From NCBI GenBank assembly GCA_937990735.1, contig CALKQT010000034.1:15200-79199 (forward strand): DNA of 64,000 nt, in the 5' to 3' direction. Shown piece after piece: positions 20,068 to 28,908 of the stretch; position 1 is the first letter of the stretch, and every line of letters starts with the position of its first letter. This stretch comes from an uncultured Campylobacter sp. (lineage in GTDB: Bacteria > Campylobacterota > Campylobacteria > Campylobacterales > Campylobacteraceae). The translations under genes were made by a program, and so were the position numbers. The notes beneath the pieces were generated by a model, which was given only the letters and a program-made list of their open reading frames with translations, searched no databases and was not told the DNA's origin.

Positions 20068-21456
20068 TTAAAGCCCCATTTTTCCGGGATTTAAGATGTT
20101 TTTTGGATCGAACGCCCTTTTGATTGCGCGAAATAGCTCCATTTCTGCTGCGCTAAAAGCTAGTGGCATAAATTCTGCTTTGCTTAGCCCGATGCCGTGC
20201 TCGCCGCTGAGCGTACCGCCAAGACCAACTGCAGCTTTGAAAATTTCGGTGATTGCGTCATGTCCGCGTCGCACTTGAGCTTCATCTTTTTTGTCGGCGA
20301 CCATAACGTTGGTGTGGACGTTGCCATCGCCCGTGTGCCCGAAGCAGGGCACGCGCACACCGTATTTATCGCCGATGCGCGCGATACGGCGCAGTAGCTC
20401 GGGCAGCTGCGAGCGCGGGACGGTGATGTCCTCATTTAGCTTAAGCGTGCCGTAGATATTGATCGCCTGCGAACAGTTGCGTCTCGCAAACCAAATGCCC
20501 GCACGCTCCTCTTCGCTTTCTGCGATGCGAAAGTCGCTCGCGCCGTTTTGAACGAAAATTTCTTTTATGAGCGCGAGCTCCTCCAAAAGCACCGCTTCTA
20601 AATTGCCGTCGGTTTCGCAGATCAAAATCGCGCCCGCACCCTTCGGCAAGCCCTTGTGAAATTTCTCCTCGACCGCGGCTATGCACAGCGCGTCTAAAAA
20701 TTCCATCGCCACGGGCGTGATACCGGCAGCCATCGTCTTATACACGGCATTCATTGCTGCATCTACGCTAGGAAAGACGCCCATCGCAGTCTTTTTAAGC
20801 TTTGGCATCGGGATTAGTTTGAGCGTGATTTCGGTGATGATGGCAAGCGCACCTTCGCTTGCGATTAAAATTCCTGCCACGTTGAAGCCTGCGACATCTT
20901 TGATAGTGCGTTTGCCCGCTCGGATCACCTCTCCATTAGGCAGTACCGCACGCAGTGCCATTACGTAGTCTTTGGTGATGCCGTATTTTGCGGCGCGCAT
21001 ACCGCCGGAGTTTTCGGCGACATTGCCTCCTAGCGTGGAATAATCCTGGCTTGCGGGATCGGGCGGATAAAAAAGCCCGCGCGCTGCGGCTGCTTTTTGC
21101 AGATCGATATTTATGCAGCCGGGTTGGACTACGGCGAGTAGATTTTGCATGTCGATTTCTAGAATTTTATTCATATGTTTTTCAAATGCCAAAATCACTC
21201 CGCCGTTTGCGGCTAAAGATCCACCAGTAAAACCGCTACCTGCGCCTCTTGGAACTACAGGGATTAAATTTTCGTTGCAGAATTTTAAAATTTGACTGAC
21301 ATCGTCCTCACTTCGCGGGAAAAGCACGCCGTCCGGCAGGCAGCGTCTTTTCGTCGCGTCGTAGCAGTATGCTGTGCGATGAGCCTCGTCAAAATAGGCG
21401 TTATCCGCGCCTAATAGATTTGTAAAAAACGCTCGCGCGGCGCTATTCATCGCCAT
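20068..21456 (-). CDS. glcD: FAD-linked oxidase, glycolate oxidase subunit GlcD / D-lactate dehydrogenase family
   Basis: FAD-binding PCMH pattern (VVPRGAGSGFTGG) and C-terminal GGTLSGEHGIG...NPGK. Confidence 0.85.
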   Translation of the reverse strand: MAMNSAARAFFTNLLGADNAYFDEAHRTAYCYDATKRRCLPDGVLFPRSEDDVSQILKFCNENLIPVVPRGAGSGFTGGSLAANGGVILAFEKHMNKILEIDMQNLLAVVQPGCINIDLQKAAAARGLFYPPDPASQDYSTLGGNVAENSGGMRAAKYGITKDYVMALRAVLPNGEVIRAGKRTIKDVAGFNVAGILIASEGALAIITEITLKLIPMPKLKKTAMGVFPSVDAAMNAVYKTMAAGITPVAMEFLDALCIAAVEEKFHKGLPKGAGAILICETDGNLEAVLLEELALIKEIFVQNGASDFRIAESEEERAGIWFARRNCSQAINIYGTLKLNEDITVPRSQLPELLRRIARIGDKYGVRVPCFGHTGDGNVHTNVMVADKKDEAQVRRGHDAITEIFKAAVGLGGTLSGEHGIGLSKAEFMPLAFSAAEMELFRAIKRAFDPKNILNPGKMGL

Positions 21457-22171
21457 CTAAGCCCAGCAAATAGCGGTAGTGCTTGTCGTAATCGCTGATC
21501 GGGCCATTAGTAAAGTCCCAAATGACGGTCTTTATCTCGCCCACGCGTGAGTAAAACGGCAGCTGATAATAAGCTACGCTGCCGCTAGCAAACGTACGCA
21601 AAGGCTTGAAACTACCGCAGTCGGCAAATACGCCTTGTTTATCCATCGCGATAAAAATCAGTCCGGCGCTGTTTTGCGCGCAAATTTTACGAAAATCGTC
21701 ACGGCTGGGATTTGGCTTGCGGTTGTAGCTAAGATAGGCGCCGCCAAGATCTGGGTGGATAAAATTTATATTTGGAAAAGCTTTGATAACCTGCTCGTAA
21801 ATTTCGGCGTTAGGCGCGACGATTATGGCGCGGTCATAGAGGAAATTTAAGATCACTTTATCGCCGCTTGAGGGTAAAATTTTAGGCAGTGGCAGCGCCT
21901 CTTGAGCTAACATATCAAAGACCTCAAATCGCACCTTTGCCTTGCCTGCGCTTTTTTGCGTCACGACTGCGCGCGCGATGATGGAGCTCGCGCCGCTACC
22001 GAAATTATGCATCACTACTCCGCTGCTGCCTACGGCAATCGTAGGGCTATCTGTGATCTCGCCCGAACCATCCTTTACACTAAGTAGGGCGGTTTCGTAT
22101 CGCGGCATGTTAAATTCCGCCCCTATCGCCGCGCTTAAAAATAGACCTAAAATAAGTAAAGCTTTTTTCAA
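21443..22171 (-). CDS. Exported protein, PgbA N-terminal-domain-like (assignment from memory, tentative)
   Basis: Signal peptide MKKALLILGLFLSAAIGA. Position between glcD and the M23 peptidase is as in C. jejuni. Overlaps glcD by 14 nt. Confidence 0.5.
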   Translation of the reverse strand: MKKALLILGLFLSAAIGAEFNMPRYETALLSVKDGSGEITDSPTIAVGSSGVVMHNFGSGASSIIARAVVTQKSAGKAKVRFEVFDMLAQEALPLPKILPSSGDKVILNFLYDRAIIVAPNAEIYEQVIKAFPNINFIHPDLGGAYLSYNRKPNPSRDDFRKICAQNSAGLIFIAMDKQGVFADCGSFKPLRTFASGSVAYYQLPFYSRVGEIKTVIWDFTNGPISDYDKHYRYLLGLDGDE

Positions 22172-22309
22172 AATTCTGCTCCTGAATAAAATTTCGGCTA
22201 ATTATACATAAAACTTTGAAATTAGCGATAAAATTCCGCGGTATTTACGAAATATAAGCGTTTTTTCGTTACAATCCCGCCTTAAAATAATATTTCAAAG
22301 CGGTTTTAT

Positions 22310-23479
22310 ATGACTAGAATTTTTATATTGCTTTTTCTGTGGATAGGCGTAGTTTTTGCGAACAACCCCAGCGTAGAGAAGTTTGCCTGGCCAGATGGCG
22401 TGAGTCTGCTGCAATTTATGGAAACCGCGGGCATCCCCGCATCGGTGTATTATGACCTGGATAAAGAGGATCAGGAGCTTGCCGCTGAGGTGCGCGCGGG
22501 CGTGGAGTGTCAAATTTTGCGTGATCCAGCAGGTCGCGTCTCCCAGCTGTTAATCCCCGTCAGTGAGGAGCTTCAGATCCATATATACCGCGATAAATTC
22601 GGCACTTTTAGATTCGTTTATACTCCGATAGTTTATGAGGAAAACAGCTACTCTTTAGGAATTCAGATCGAAAGCTCGCCCTATCAAGACATCATCAAAG
22701 CTACGGGCAATGCGGCTTTAGCGAATGAGTTTATGCTTGTTTTTAAAAACGAGGTAAATTTTAAAAAGCTGCAAAAGGGCGATCGGCTCGTGATCCTATA
22801 CGAGCAAAAAACGCGCCTTGGCAAGCCTTTTGGCGGAGTAAATATCACCGCAGGAATGATCGAGGAAAATAAAAAGCCCAAATCGCTATATTTTTTCGAC
22901 GATAAATACTACGACCGAAGCGGTAAAAAGGTCGAATCTTTTCTGCTAATCACGCCGCTTGTTTATACTAGAATTTCATCCTATTTTACCCCTAAAAGAT
23001 TTCATCCGATTTTAAAGCGTTACCGCGCGCACTTAGGCGTGGATTATGCAGCTCCCAAAGGCACTAGGGTAAATGCCGCAGGAGCGGGCAAGATTAGCTT
23101 TGTAGGGCGTAAAAACGGCTACGGCAACACTGTCGAAATCAACCACGGAGGCGGTATCAGCACGCTTTATGCACATCTTAGCGGCTTTGCTAGCGGCACA
23201 AAAGCAGGCGTTAGTGTCAAGCAAGGTCAGTTAATCGCCTACGTGGGCTCGACCGGGCTTAGTTCGGGACCGCATCTGCACTTCGGACTTTATAAAAATA
23301 AGCAGGCGATAGATCCCCTTAAAGTAGTCAAGATTGAAAAAACTAACGTTATAAGCGCCGAGGAGCTTAAATTTAAAGCTCTCGTCAAAGATATGGATGC
23401 TAGAATGGCTGCGGCTAAAGACGGCTCGAAAAACCCGGCTAAATTTGAAAACTACGAGTCGCTTATCACGATAAATTAA
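22310..23479 (+). CDS. M23 (LytM-domain) family metallopeptidase
   Basis: HLGVDYAAP...G.V...G...GYGN.V.I.H..G..T.Y.HLS...GSTG.S.GPHLHF motifs. N-terminal signal sequence. Confidence 0.85.
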   Translation: MTRIFILLFLWIGVVFANNPSVEKFAWPDGVSLLQFMETAGIPASVYYDLDKEDQELAAEVRAGVECQILRDPAGRVSQLLIPVSEELQIHIYRDKFGTFRFVYTPIVYEENSYSLGIQIESSPYQDIIKATGNAALANEFMLVFKNEVNFKKLQKGDRLVILYEQKTRLGKPFGGVNITAGMIEENKKPKSLYFFDDKYYDRSGKKVESFLLITPLVYTRISSYFTPKRFHPILKRYRAHLGVDYAAPKGTRVNAAGAGKISFVGRKNGYGNTVEINHGGGISTLYAHLSGFASGTKAGVSVKQGQLIAYVGSTGLSSGPHLHFGLYKNKQAIDPLKVVKIEKTNVISAEELKFKALVKDMDARMAAAKDGSKNPAKFENYESLITIN

Positions 23480-23487
23480 GGCTGAAA

Positions 23488-24867
23488 ATGGAAAATAAAG
23501 AGCAGCTGGACGACGTCGAGGAAGCCAAAGCGCTTCTTGATGCGCACTTGGACGATACGCTTGAGCATGAGCTGAGCGCCGCCGATCTTACGGAGCATTT
23601 AAAAACTCTAAAAAAGCATGACGAAGAAAAATACGTAGAATTTCTAAAAAAGCTAGATCCTGAGGATCTTGCCGATGCTGCGCTTGAGATGCCCGAGCAT
23701 ATGCTCGAAGATGTCATCGAAACTCTGCCTCACGAAAAGATCGTCAAAGCGATCGAGGAGCTCGAAAGCGACGATCAGGCGGAGCTTTTGCAAAATATCG
23801 GCGAAATCGACGAGGACAAGGCCGAGCAGATTTTCTATGGGCTTGACGAGGACGATCGCCACGATATTCTTACTATCTCCAAATATAGCGAAGATGAGGC
23901 GGGCGCGTATATGCAGACCGAGGTCTTTAGCGCGAGGCAGGATCAGACTCTGGGGCAGGCGGTCGAGATGCTTCGCGTTATGCGCGAAAAGGACGAGATC
24001 GAAAACGTCTTTCAGCTCTTTGTACTTGATAAAAAAGGGCATCTGCTTACTACCTTTTCGACGTCCGATCTGATTTTATACGATTTTTCACTTACGCTGG
24101 AAGAAATTTCACAAAAATTCGGCGCCGAAAATAAAATCCACTTCGCCACCGATACCGATAAGATCGATGACGTGATCAAGGACTTTGAAGAATTCGATCT
24201 TAACGTCATTCCCGTAGTCGATGCTAACGGCGTGCTCATCGGGCGTATCACCGCCGACGATATCCACGATCTCATCCAAGAGCGCGCCACCGAGCAAATT
24301 TACAACCTCGCGGGCGTCGATGACGAAGCGGAGGACGATGAGACTACGATCTTTAAGGCGGGCCGCGCGCGCGCTGTGTGGCTAGCGGTAAATTTATGCA
24401 CGGCGATCGTAAGCTCCACGATCATCGGGCTTTTTGACGCCACTATCGAAAAGCTGGTCGCACTCGCCGTGCTTATGCCGATAGTCGCCTCCATGGGCGG
24501 TAACACCGGCACGCAGGCGCTTACCGTAACCGTGCGCCGCCTAGCCTTGGGCGAGATAGCGTTTAAAGACAAAAAGCAGGTTCTCTTTCGCGAGATCACG
24601 ATCGCTTTTATAAACGGCCTCATTTTTGCCACGCTGATGGGGTTTGTGGCGTATTTTTGGTTCGGCATTAAGCTTTTGGGGCTGGTGATTGCGATGTCAA
24701 TGGTGTTAAATTTAACTCTTGCGGGGCTTTTCGGCGCCGTCATTCCGATCACGCTTAAAAAATTAAATATCGACCCCGCCGTCGGCAGTTCCGTGTTGCT
24801 TACCACGGTAACGGATATCGTTGGATTTTTTAGCTTTTTAGGACTTGCGACATGGATACTACTATAA
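23488..24867 (+). CDS. mgtE: Magnesium transporter MgtE
   Basis: Acidic N-domain, tandem CBS region, C-terminal TM domain with GNTGTQ and DPA motifs. Confidence 0.9.
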   Translation: MENKEQLDDVEEAKALLDAHLDDTLEHELSAADLTEHLKTLKKHDEEKYVEFLKKLDPEDLADAALEMPEHMLEDVIETLPHEKIVKAIEELESDDQAELLQNIGEIDEDKAEQIFYGLDEDDRHDILTISKYSEDEAGAYMQTEVFSARQDQTLGQAVEMLRVMREKDEIENVFQLFVLDKKGHLLTTFSTSDLILYDFSLTLEEISQKFGAENKIHFATDTDKIDDVIKDFEEFDLNVIPVVDANGVLIGRITADDIHDLIQERATEQIYNLAGVDDEAEDDETTIFKAGRARAVWLAVNLCTAIVSSTIIGLFDATIEKLVALAVLMPIVASMGGNTGTQALTVTVRRLALGEIAFKDKKQVLFREITIAFINGLIFATLMGFVAYFWFGIKLLGLVIAMSMVLNLTLAGLFGAVIPITLKKLNIDPAVGSSVLLTTVTDIVGFFSFLGLATWILL

Positions 24868-25439
24868 AAAATTTTAAAATTTCCGAGCTTAAAAGCTCGA
24901 ATTTCGTTAAACCCTTTCGCTTAAATTTCGAAATGGACGGCGTGGCGCGCGCGTGGGACTGCGTCAAGGTGCACGATAGCGTCTCGATTTTGCTTTATCA
25001 TACGCAGCGCGACGCGCTTTTGCTCGTCAAGCAGTTTCGCCCCAGCGTGTGGTTTTATCAAGAGGAAGGCTTAATAAATTCGCCCGAGAAGGGCTACACC
25101 TATGAGCTTTGCGCGGGCATTTTGGACAAGGGTATCAGCGAGGAGCAAACGGCGATCGAAGAGGTGCTCGAAGAGACGGGATATGCCGTGAAGGATCTGA
25201 AATTTATCACGAGCTACTACAGCGCCCTGGGCTTTGCGGCGAACCGTCAAATTTTATACTTCGCGTGCATCGACGAATCGATGAAGATCGGTAGCGGCGG
25301 CGGCGTGGACGGCGAGAAGATCGAGCTTTTCTACCTGCCTGCGGCCAAGGCGCGGGAGTTTATGTTTGACGAAAAGATCGTGCGCGCGCCGGGGCTGATC
25401 CTAGCATTTCAGTGGTTTTTGAGCGAGTTTAAAGCTTAG
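24852..25439 (+). CDS. NUDIX hydrolase (nucleoside diphosphate-sugar pyrophosphatase-like)
   Basis: Nudix box: CAGILDKGISEEQTAIEEVLEETGY. Overlaps mgtE by 16 nt. Confidence 0.8.
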   Translation: MDTTIKNFKISELKSSNFVKPFRLNFEMDGVARAWDCVKVHDSVSILLYHTQRDALLLVKQFRPSVWFYQEEGLINSPEKGYTYELCAGILDKGISEEQTAIEEVLEETGYAVKDLKFITSYYSALGFAANRQILYFACIDESMKIGSGGGVDGEKIELFYLPAAKAREFMFDEKIVRAPGLILAFQWFLSEFKA

Positions 25440-25506
25440 CGGCGAGACGGAATTTCGCGTGCTGCTGCGCGCTTTTGCGTCTCGGCTTTAAATTTAAAGG
25501 ACGGCG

Positions 25507-26553
25507 ATGAGGGTTTTACTTAGGCTGTGCGTTATCGCGGCGTGTCTTTATGCAGCGATCGCGGCGGGACTTTATATCTTTCAGGGGCGGCTGATATTTT
25601 TGGGCGAGCCGCTAGATAAAAACTTCAAATTCAGTTTTGAAAATTCCGAATTTGCAGGAGTTGTGAATGTGCACGAGAGCGGCGCGCATTTAGATATGCA
25701 GGCGTCTGCTACGCAAAATGGCGCGGAGACAAATGGCGCCGCAGACGAAGGCGCTTCCGCAGCGAGCGGCACGAAAGAAGGCGGAGCCGCAGCGGACGAG
25801 ATCAAAAGCGAAGGCGCTCAAACTAGCGCCGAGTGCGTCGGCGAAAATACCGCTCGAGACGCCGTTACGGGCAATAACGCAAACGTCGCTGCGATAAAAT
25901 TTCAAGAGATCAATATCCCGTTTGAGGGCGAGCTGATAAACGGGCTGAAATTTAGTGCGGCAGAGCCTAAAGGCGCGATTTTATTCTTTCACGGCAACTT
26001 CGGCGACGTGAGCGTCTGGGGTGCATACGGCGCGGATTTTGCGGCTTTGGGATACGATTTTTATATTTTCGATTACCCGGGCTACGGCAAATCGGACGGC
26101 AAAATTTCATCGCAGGATCAGCTTTTTGCGAGTGCGGATGCGATGAGCCGCTACGTTTTAGCGCAGCATTCGCCAAGGAAGCTCGCGATGATCGGCTACT
26201 CGATCGGAAGCGGCATCGCGGCACAGCAGGCTGCGAAGTGGGACGCGGCACAGCTGATTTTGCTCGCGCCCTATTTTAGCTTCGAGCGGCTCGCGCACGA
26301 AAAAATCCCCTTCGTGCCGAAATTTTTGATCCGCTACAAGATTTCTACTGCGGAATTTTTGCACGCGGCACGCAGCACGCAGATCACGCTCATCCACGGA
26401 GCCGCAGATGAGCTGATACCGGTGCAGCACTGCCGCGATCTTGCGGGGTCTCTTAAGGCGGGCGATCTATTTTATGAAATACCAGACGCGCGGCATAACG
26501 GACTGCTGGCAATGCCCGATATTTGGGAAATTTTAAAAGAGAGGCTGCGCTAA
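25507..26553 (+). CDS. Alpha/beta hydrolase with N-terminal TM segment and an Ala/Gly/Glu-rich insertion of about 80 aa
   Basis: FFHGNFGD, nucleophile elbow GYSIGSG, C-terminal HGAADELIP...H. Confidence 0.7.
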   Translation: MRVLLRLCVIAACLYAAIAAGLYIFQGRLIFLGEPLDKNFKFSFENSEFAGVVNVHESGAHLDMQASATQNGAETNGAADEGASAASGTKEGGAAADEIKSEGAQTSAECVGENTARDAVTGNNANVAAIKFQEINIPFEGELINGLKFSAAEPKGAILFFHGNFGDVSVWGAYGADFAALGYDFYIFDYPGYGKSDGKISSQDQLFASADAMSRYVLAQHSPRKLAMIGYSIGSGIAAQQAAKWDAAQLILLAPYFSFERLAHEKIPFVPKFLIRYKISTAEFLHAARSTQITLIHGAADELIPVQHCRDLAGSLKAGDLFYEIPDARHNGLLAMPDIWEILKERLR

Positions 26554-26554
26554 T

Positions 26555-27110
26555 CTAGCGGAGCTCGGCGTAAAATTCCATGCAAAAATTCGACCGCTAA
26601 ATTTTAAAATTTTACGTAAAATTCCGCGCGGGCTAGGTCGTCGTAAAATCGCATGAAATTTTATAGCGGCAAAACACGGCGCCAAAAACAGGGGCGCAAT
26701 TTCAAATCAAAATTTGCGCACCGTTAGTGTAAATATAGAGCCAATTTTGTAGCGTTAAATTCTTTTTAGCGCATAGGTGCTGAAAATTTTAAACTAAAAT
26801 TTGCGCTAGACTGCAACGCCGTATGTTTTAGCCGCGATAAAATTCTGTGAAATTTTATCTCCGCAGCCGTTTATAAATTTCAAGTCTAAATTTTATATTT
26901 GCGCCCTGACGGCGCCATATTTTAGCCGCGTAGAATTTTGCCGCATAAAATACTGCCTAACAAAATTCTGCTGCGTAGATTTCAATTCACCGCGCTCAAA
27001 TTTTATCCGCCGCTCTGAAATTTATACCGCCGCGTCTAAATTTCTCCAGCCCGCCGCGCTTTACCGAAATTTATATTTAGTTGTTGTAAAATGCGTTTTT
27101 AAAAGGATTT
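26555..27110. repeat. Intergenic RAATTY-rich short-period repeat block (about 0.55 kb)
   Basis: No credible ORF. At the 3' end, AATT occurs at 26934, 26964, 26984, 26999, 27019, 27039 and 27068, mostly 15-20 bp apart, separated by GC-rich spacers (ccgccgc...). Confidence 0.75.
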
Positions 27111-27124
27111 TAGCGGTTTGTGAT

Positions 27125-27742
27125 ATGAGTATTTTAGAGTTTACAGAGTGCGTGGGCATCGCTTCGGCGGCGCTTAGCGGGTTTTTATTCGGCGTAAAGA
27201 AGGGCTGCGATTGGCTTGGGATCTTTATCGCGGCGTTTTTGACGGCGCTTGGCGGCGGGATCATGCGCGATACCTTAGTAAGCCGCGAAATCTACTCGTT
27301 TACGCACTATGCGCCCGTAACGATCGTGCTTGCAGTAAGCGCCGTAGCCATTTTTGCCAAGCTTTACGAAAACCGCGATTTGGAGGGTAAATTTTTATTT
27401 ATTCTAACCGATGCGATCGACGTCGTAAGCTTTTCGATCGTCGGAGCGATGGTCGCGCTAAGCTACAATCACAACGTTTTTGGCGTGGTGCTAATCGCAT
27501 TTTGCAACGGCGTGGGCGGCGGCATTTTGCGCGACGTACTGCTGAATGAAGTGCCGTGGTTTTTGCATACGGGGCTTTATGGCACGATAAGCATGGGCGT
27601 GGGCTTGATATATTTCGTGCTTGATGGATTGGGGCTTAGCGGCGCCTTTTCGGTGCTTATTTTGCTAGTTTTAGGGGTTGCGTTTCGCATGATGGCTTAT
27701 TACAAATCTTGGCATCTGCCTAAAGTGGAGTATAAAAAATGA
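27125..27742 (+). CDS. Trimeric intracellular cation channel (TRIC/UPF0126) family membrane protein
   Basis: Two UPF0126 repeats, each with a glycine-rich LGGGIMRD / VGGGILRD motif. Confidence 0.75.
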   Translation: MSILEFTECVGIASAALSGFLFGVKKGCDWLGIFIAAFLTALGGGIMRDTLVSREIYSFTHYAPVTIVLAVSAVAIFAKLYENRDLEGKFLFILTDAIDVVSFSIVGAMVALSYNHNVFGVVLIAFCNGVGGGILRDVLLNEVPWFLHTGLYGTISMGVGLIYFVLDGLGLSGAFSVLILLVLGVAFRMMAYYKSWHLPKVEYKK

Positions 27743-28908
27743 ACTATTTGATGGATAATTTCGCGCGCGTAAACGTAGCGCTAGTAAGAGGCGAGGGCTC
27801 GATAGTCTATGACGAAGCGGGCAAGGACTACGTGGATTTTGGCGCGGGCATCGGCGTAAACTGCCTGGGGCACGCAAACGAGATCGTGCTTGAAGCGATC
27901 GGCACGCAAGCCGCGCAGATCATCCACGGCTCAAATATCTATAGAATTCTGCCCCAAGAAGCCCTGGCTCAAAAGATTAGCGAGCTTTTAGGATACCGCA
28001 CATACGCGGTGTTTTGCAACTCGGGCGCGGAGGCTAACGAAGCTGCGATCAAAATGGCGCGCAAATACGGCACCGTAAACTTCCCTAATAAAAAATTTGA
28101 AATTCTAACTCTGCGAAATTCCTTCCACGGCCGCACGCTAGCGACGCTGCAAGCTACGGGGCAGGAGAAATTTCATCCGGAAATTTTTGCGCCCTATATG
28201 CCCGGGTTTAAATTTTTCGACGATATCGAGGATATCATCGCGCATATCGATGAAAATAGCGTCGCCGTGATGATAGAGCTAGTCCAGGGCGAGGGAGGTA
28301 TCAAGCCTCTGGATAAAGCTAGCGTGCAAAAGCTGGCGGCTGTTTTGAAAGAGAAAAAGCTGCTTTTGATCACCGACGAGGTGCAGTGCGGCGTATATCG
28401 CACGGGCGAGTTTGCGACGTCGCAAATTTACGACATCCGCCCCGACATCATCACCTTTGCCAAAGGTCTTGCGGGCGGCGTGCCGATCGGCGCGTGCGTG
28501 GCGCAGCAAAACATTTTCGCTCCGGGAGAGCACGGCAGCACCTTCGGCGGTAACTTTTTGGCGACCTCTACGGCGCTTGCGGTGCTTTCGCAACTTCAGT
28601 TTTTAAAAGCGAGCGGTAAGCTTGATAAGACTATAAAAAGATTTATCAAAAAACTAGACGGGCTCGCCGCAGACTATCCTAGCCTGATCGAAAAGCGCGT
28701 GGGGCTCGGTCTGATGCAAGGCCTCGTGCTGCGCGATGAAAAAAATCTGGGCGAGATCTTTAACAAAGCCCTGCAAAACGGACTTTTGATCCTAAAATCC
28801 GGCAAGCGCACCCTTAGATTTTTGCCTGCGCTAAATATCAAAAAACCGGAGATCAAAGAGGGCTTCGCGCGCCTACGCAAGAGCCTGGACGAGATAGTGC
28901 GGGCGTGA
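27739..28908 (+). CDS. argD: Acetylornithine aminotransferase (class III PLP aminotransferase)
   Basis: SGAEANEAAIK, DEVQCG..RTG, TFAKGLAGG (PLP lysine), GSTFGGN. Confidence 0.85.
   Translation: MNYLMDNFARVNVALVRGEGSIVYDEAGKDYVDFGAGIGVNCLGHANEIVLEAIGTQAAQIIHGSNIYRILPQEALAQKISELLGYRTYAVFCNSGAEANEAAIKMARKYGTVNFPNKKFEILTLRNSFHGRTLATLQATGQEKFHPEIFAPYMPGFKFFDDIEDIIAHIDENSVAVMIELVQGEGGIKPLDKASVQKLAAVLKEKKLLLITDEVQCGVYRTGEFATSQIYDIRPDIITFAKGLAGGVPIGACVAQQNIFAPGEHGSTFGGNFLATSTALAVLSQLQFLKASGKLDKTIKRFIKKLDGLAADYPSLIEKRVGLGLMQGLVLRDEKNLGEIFNKALQNGLLILKSGKRTLRFLPALNIKKPEIKEGFARLRKSLDEIVRA

Noticed and set aside
24300-24806. 168-aa minus-strand ORF antisense to the mgtE membrane domain
   Set aside because: The mgtE frame is unambiguous. 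The antisense ORF has no start context or motif.
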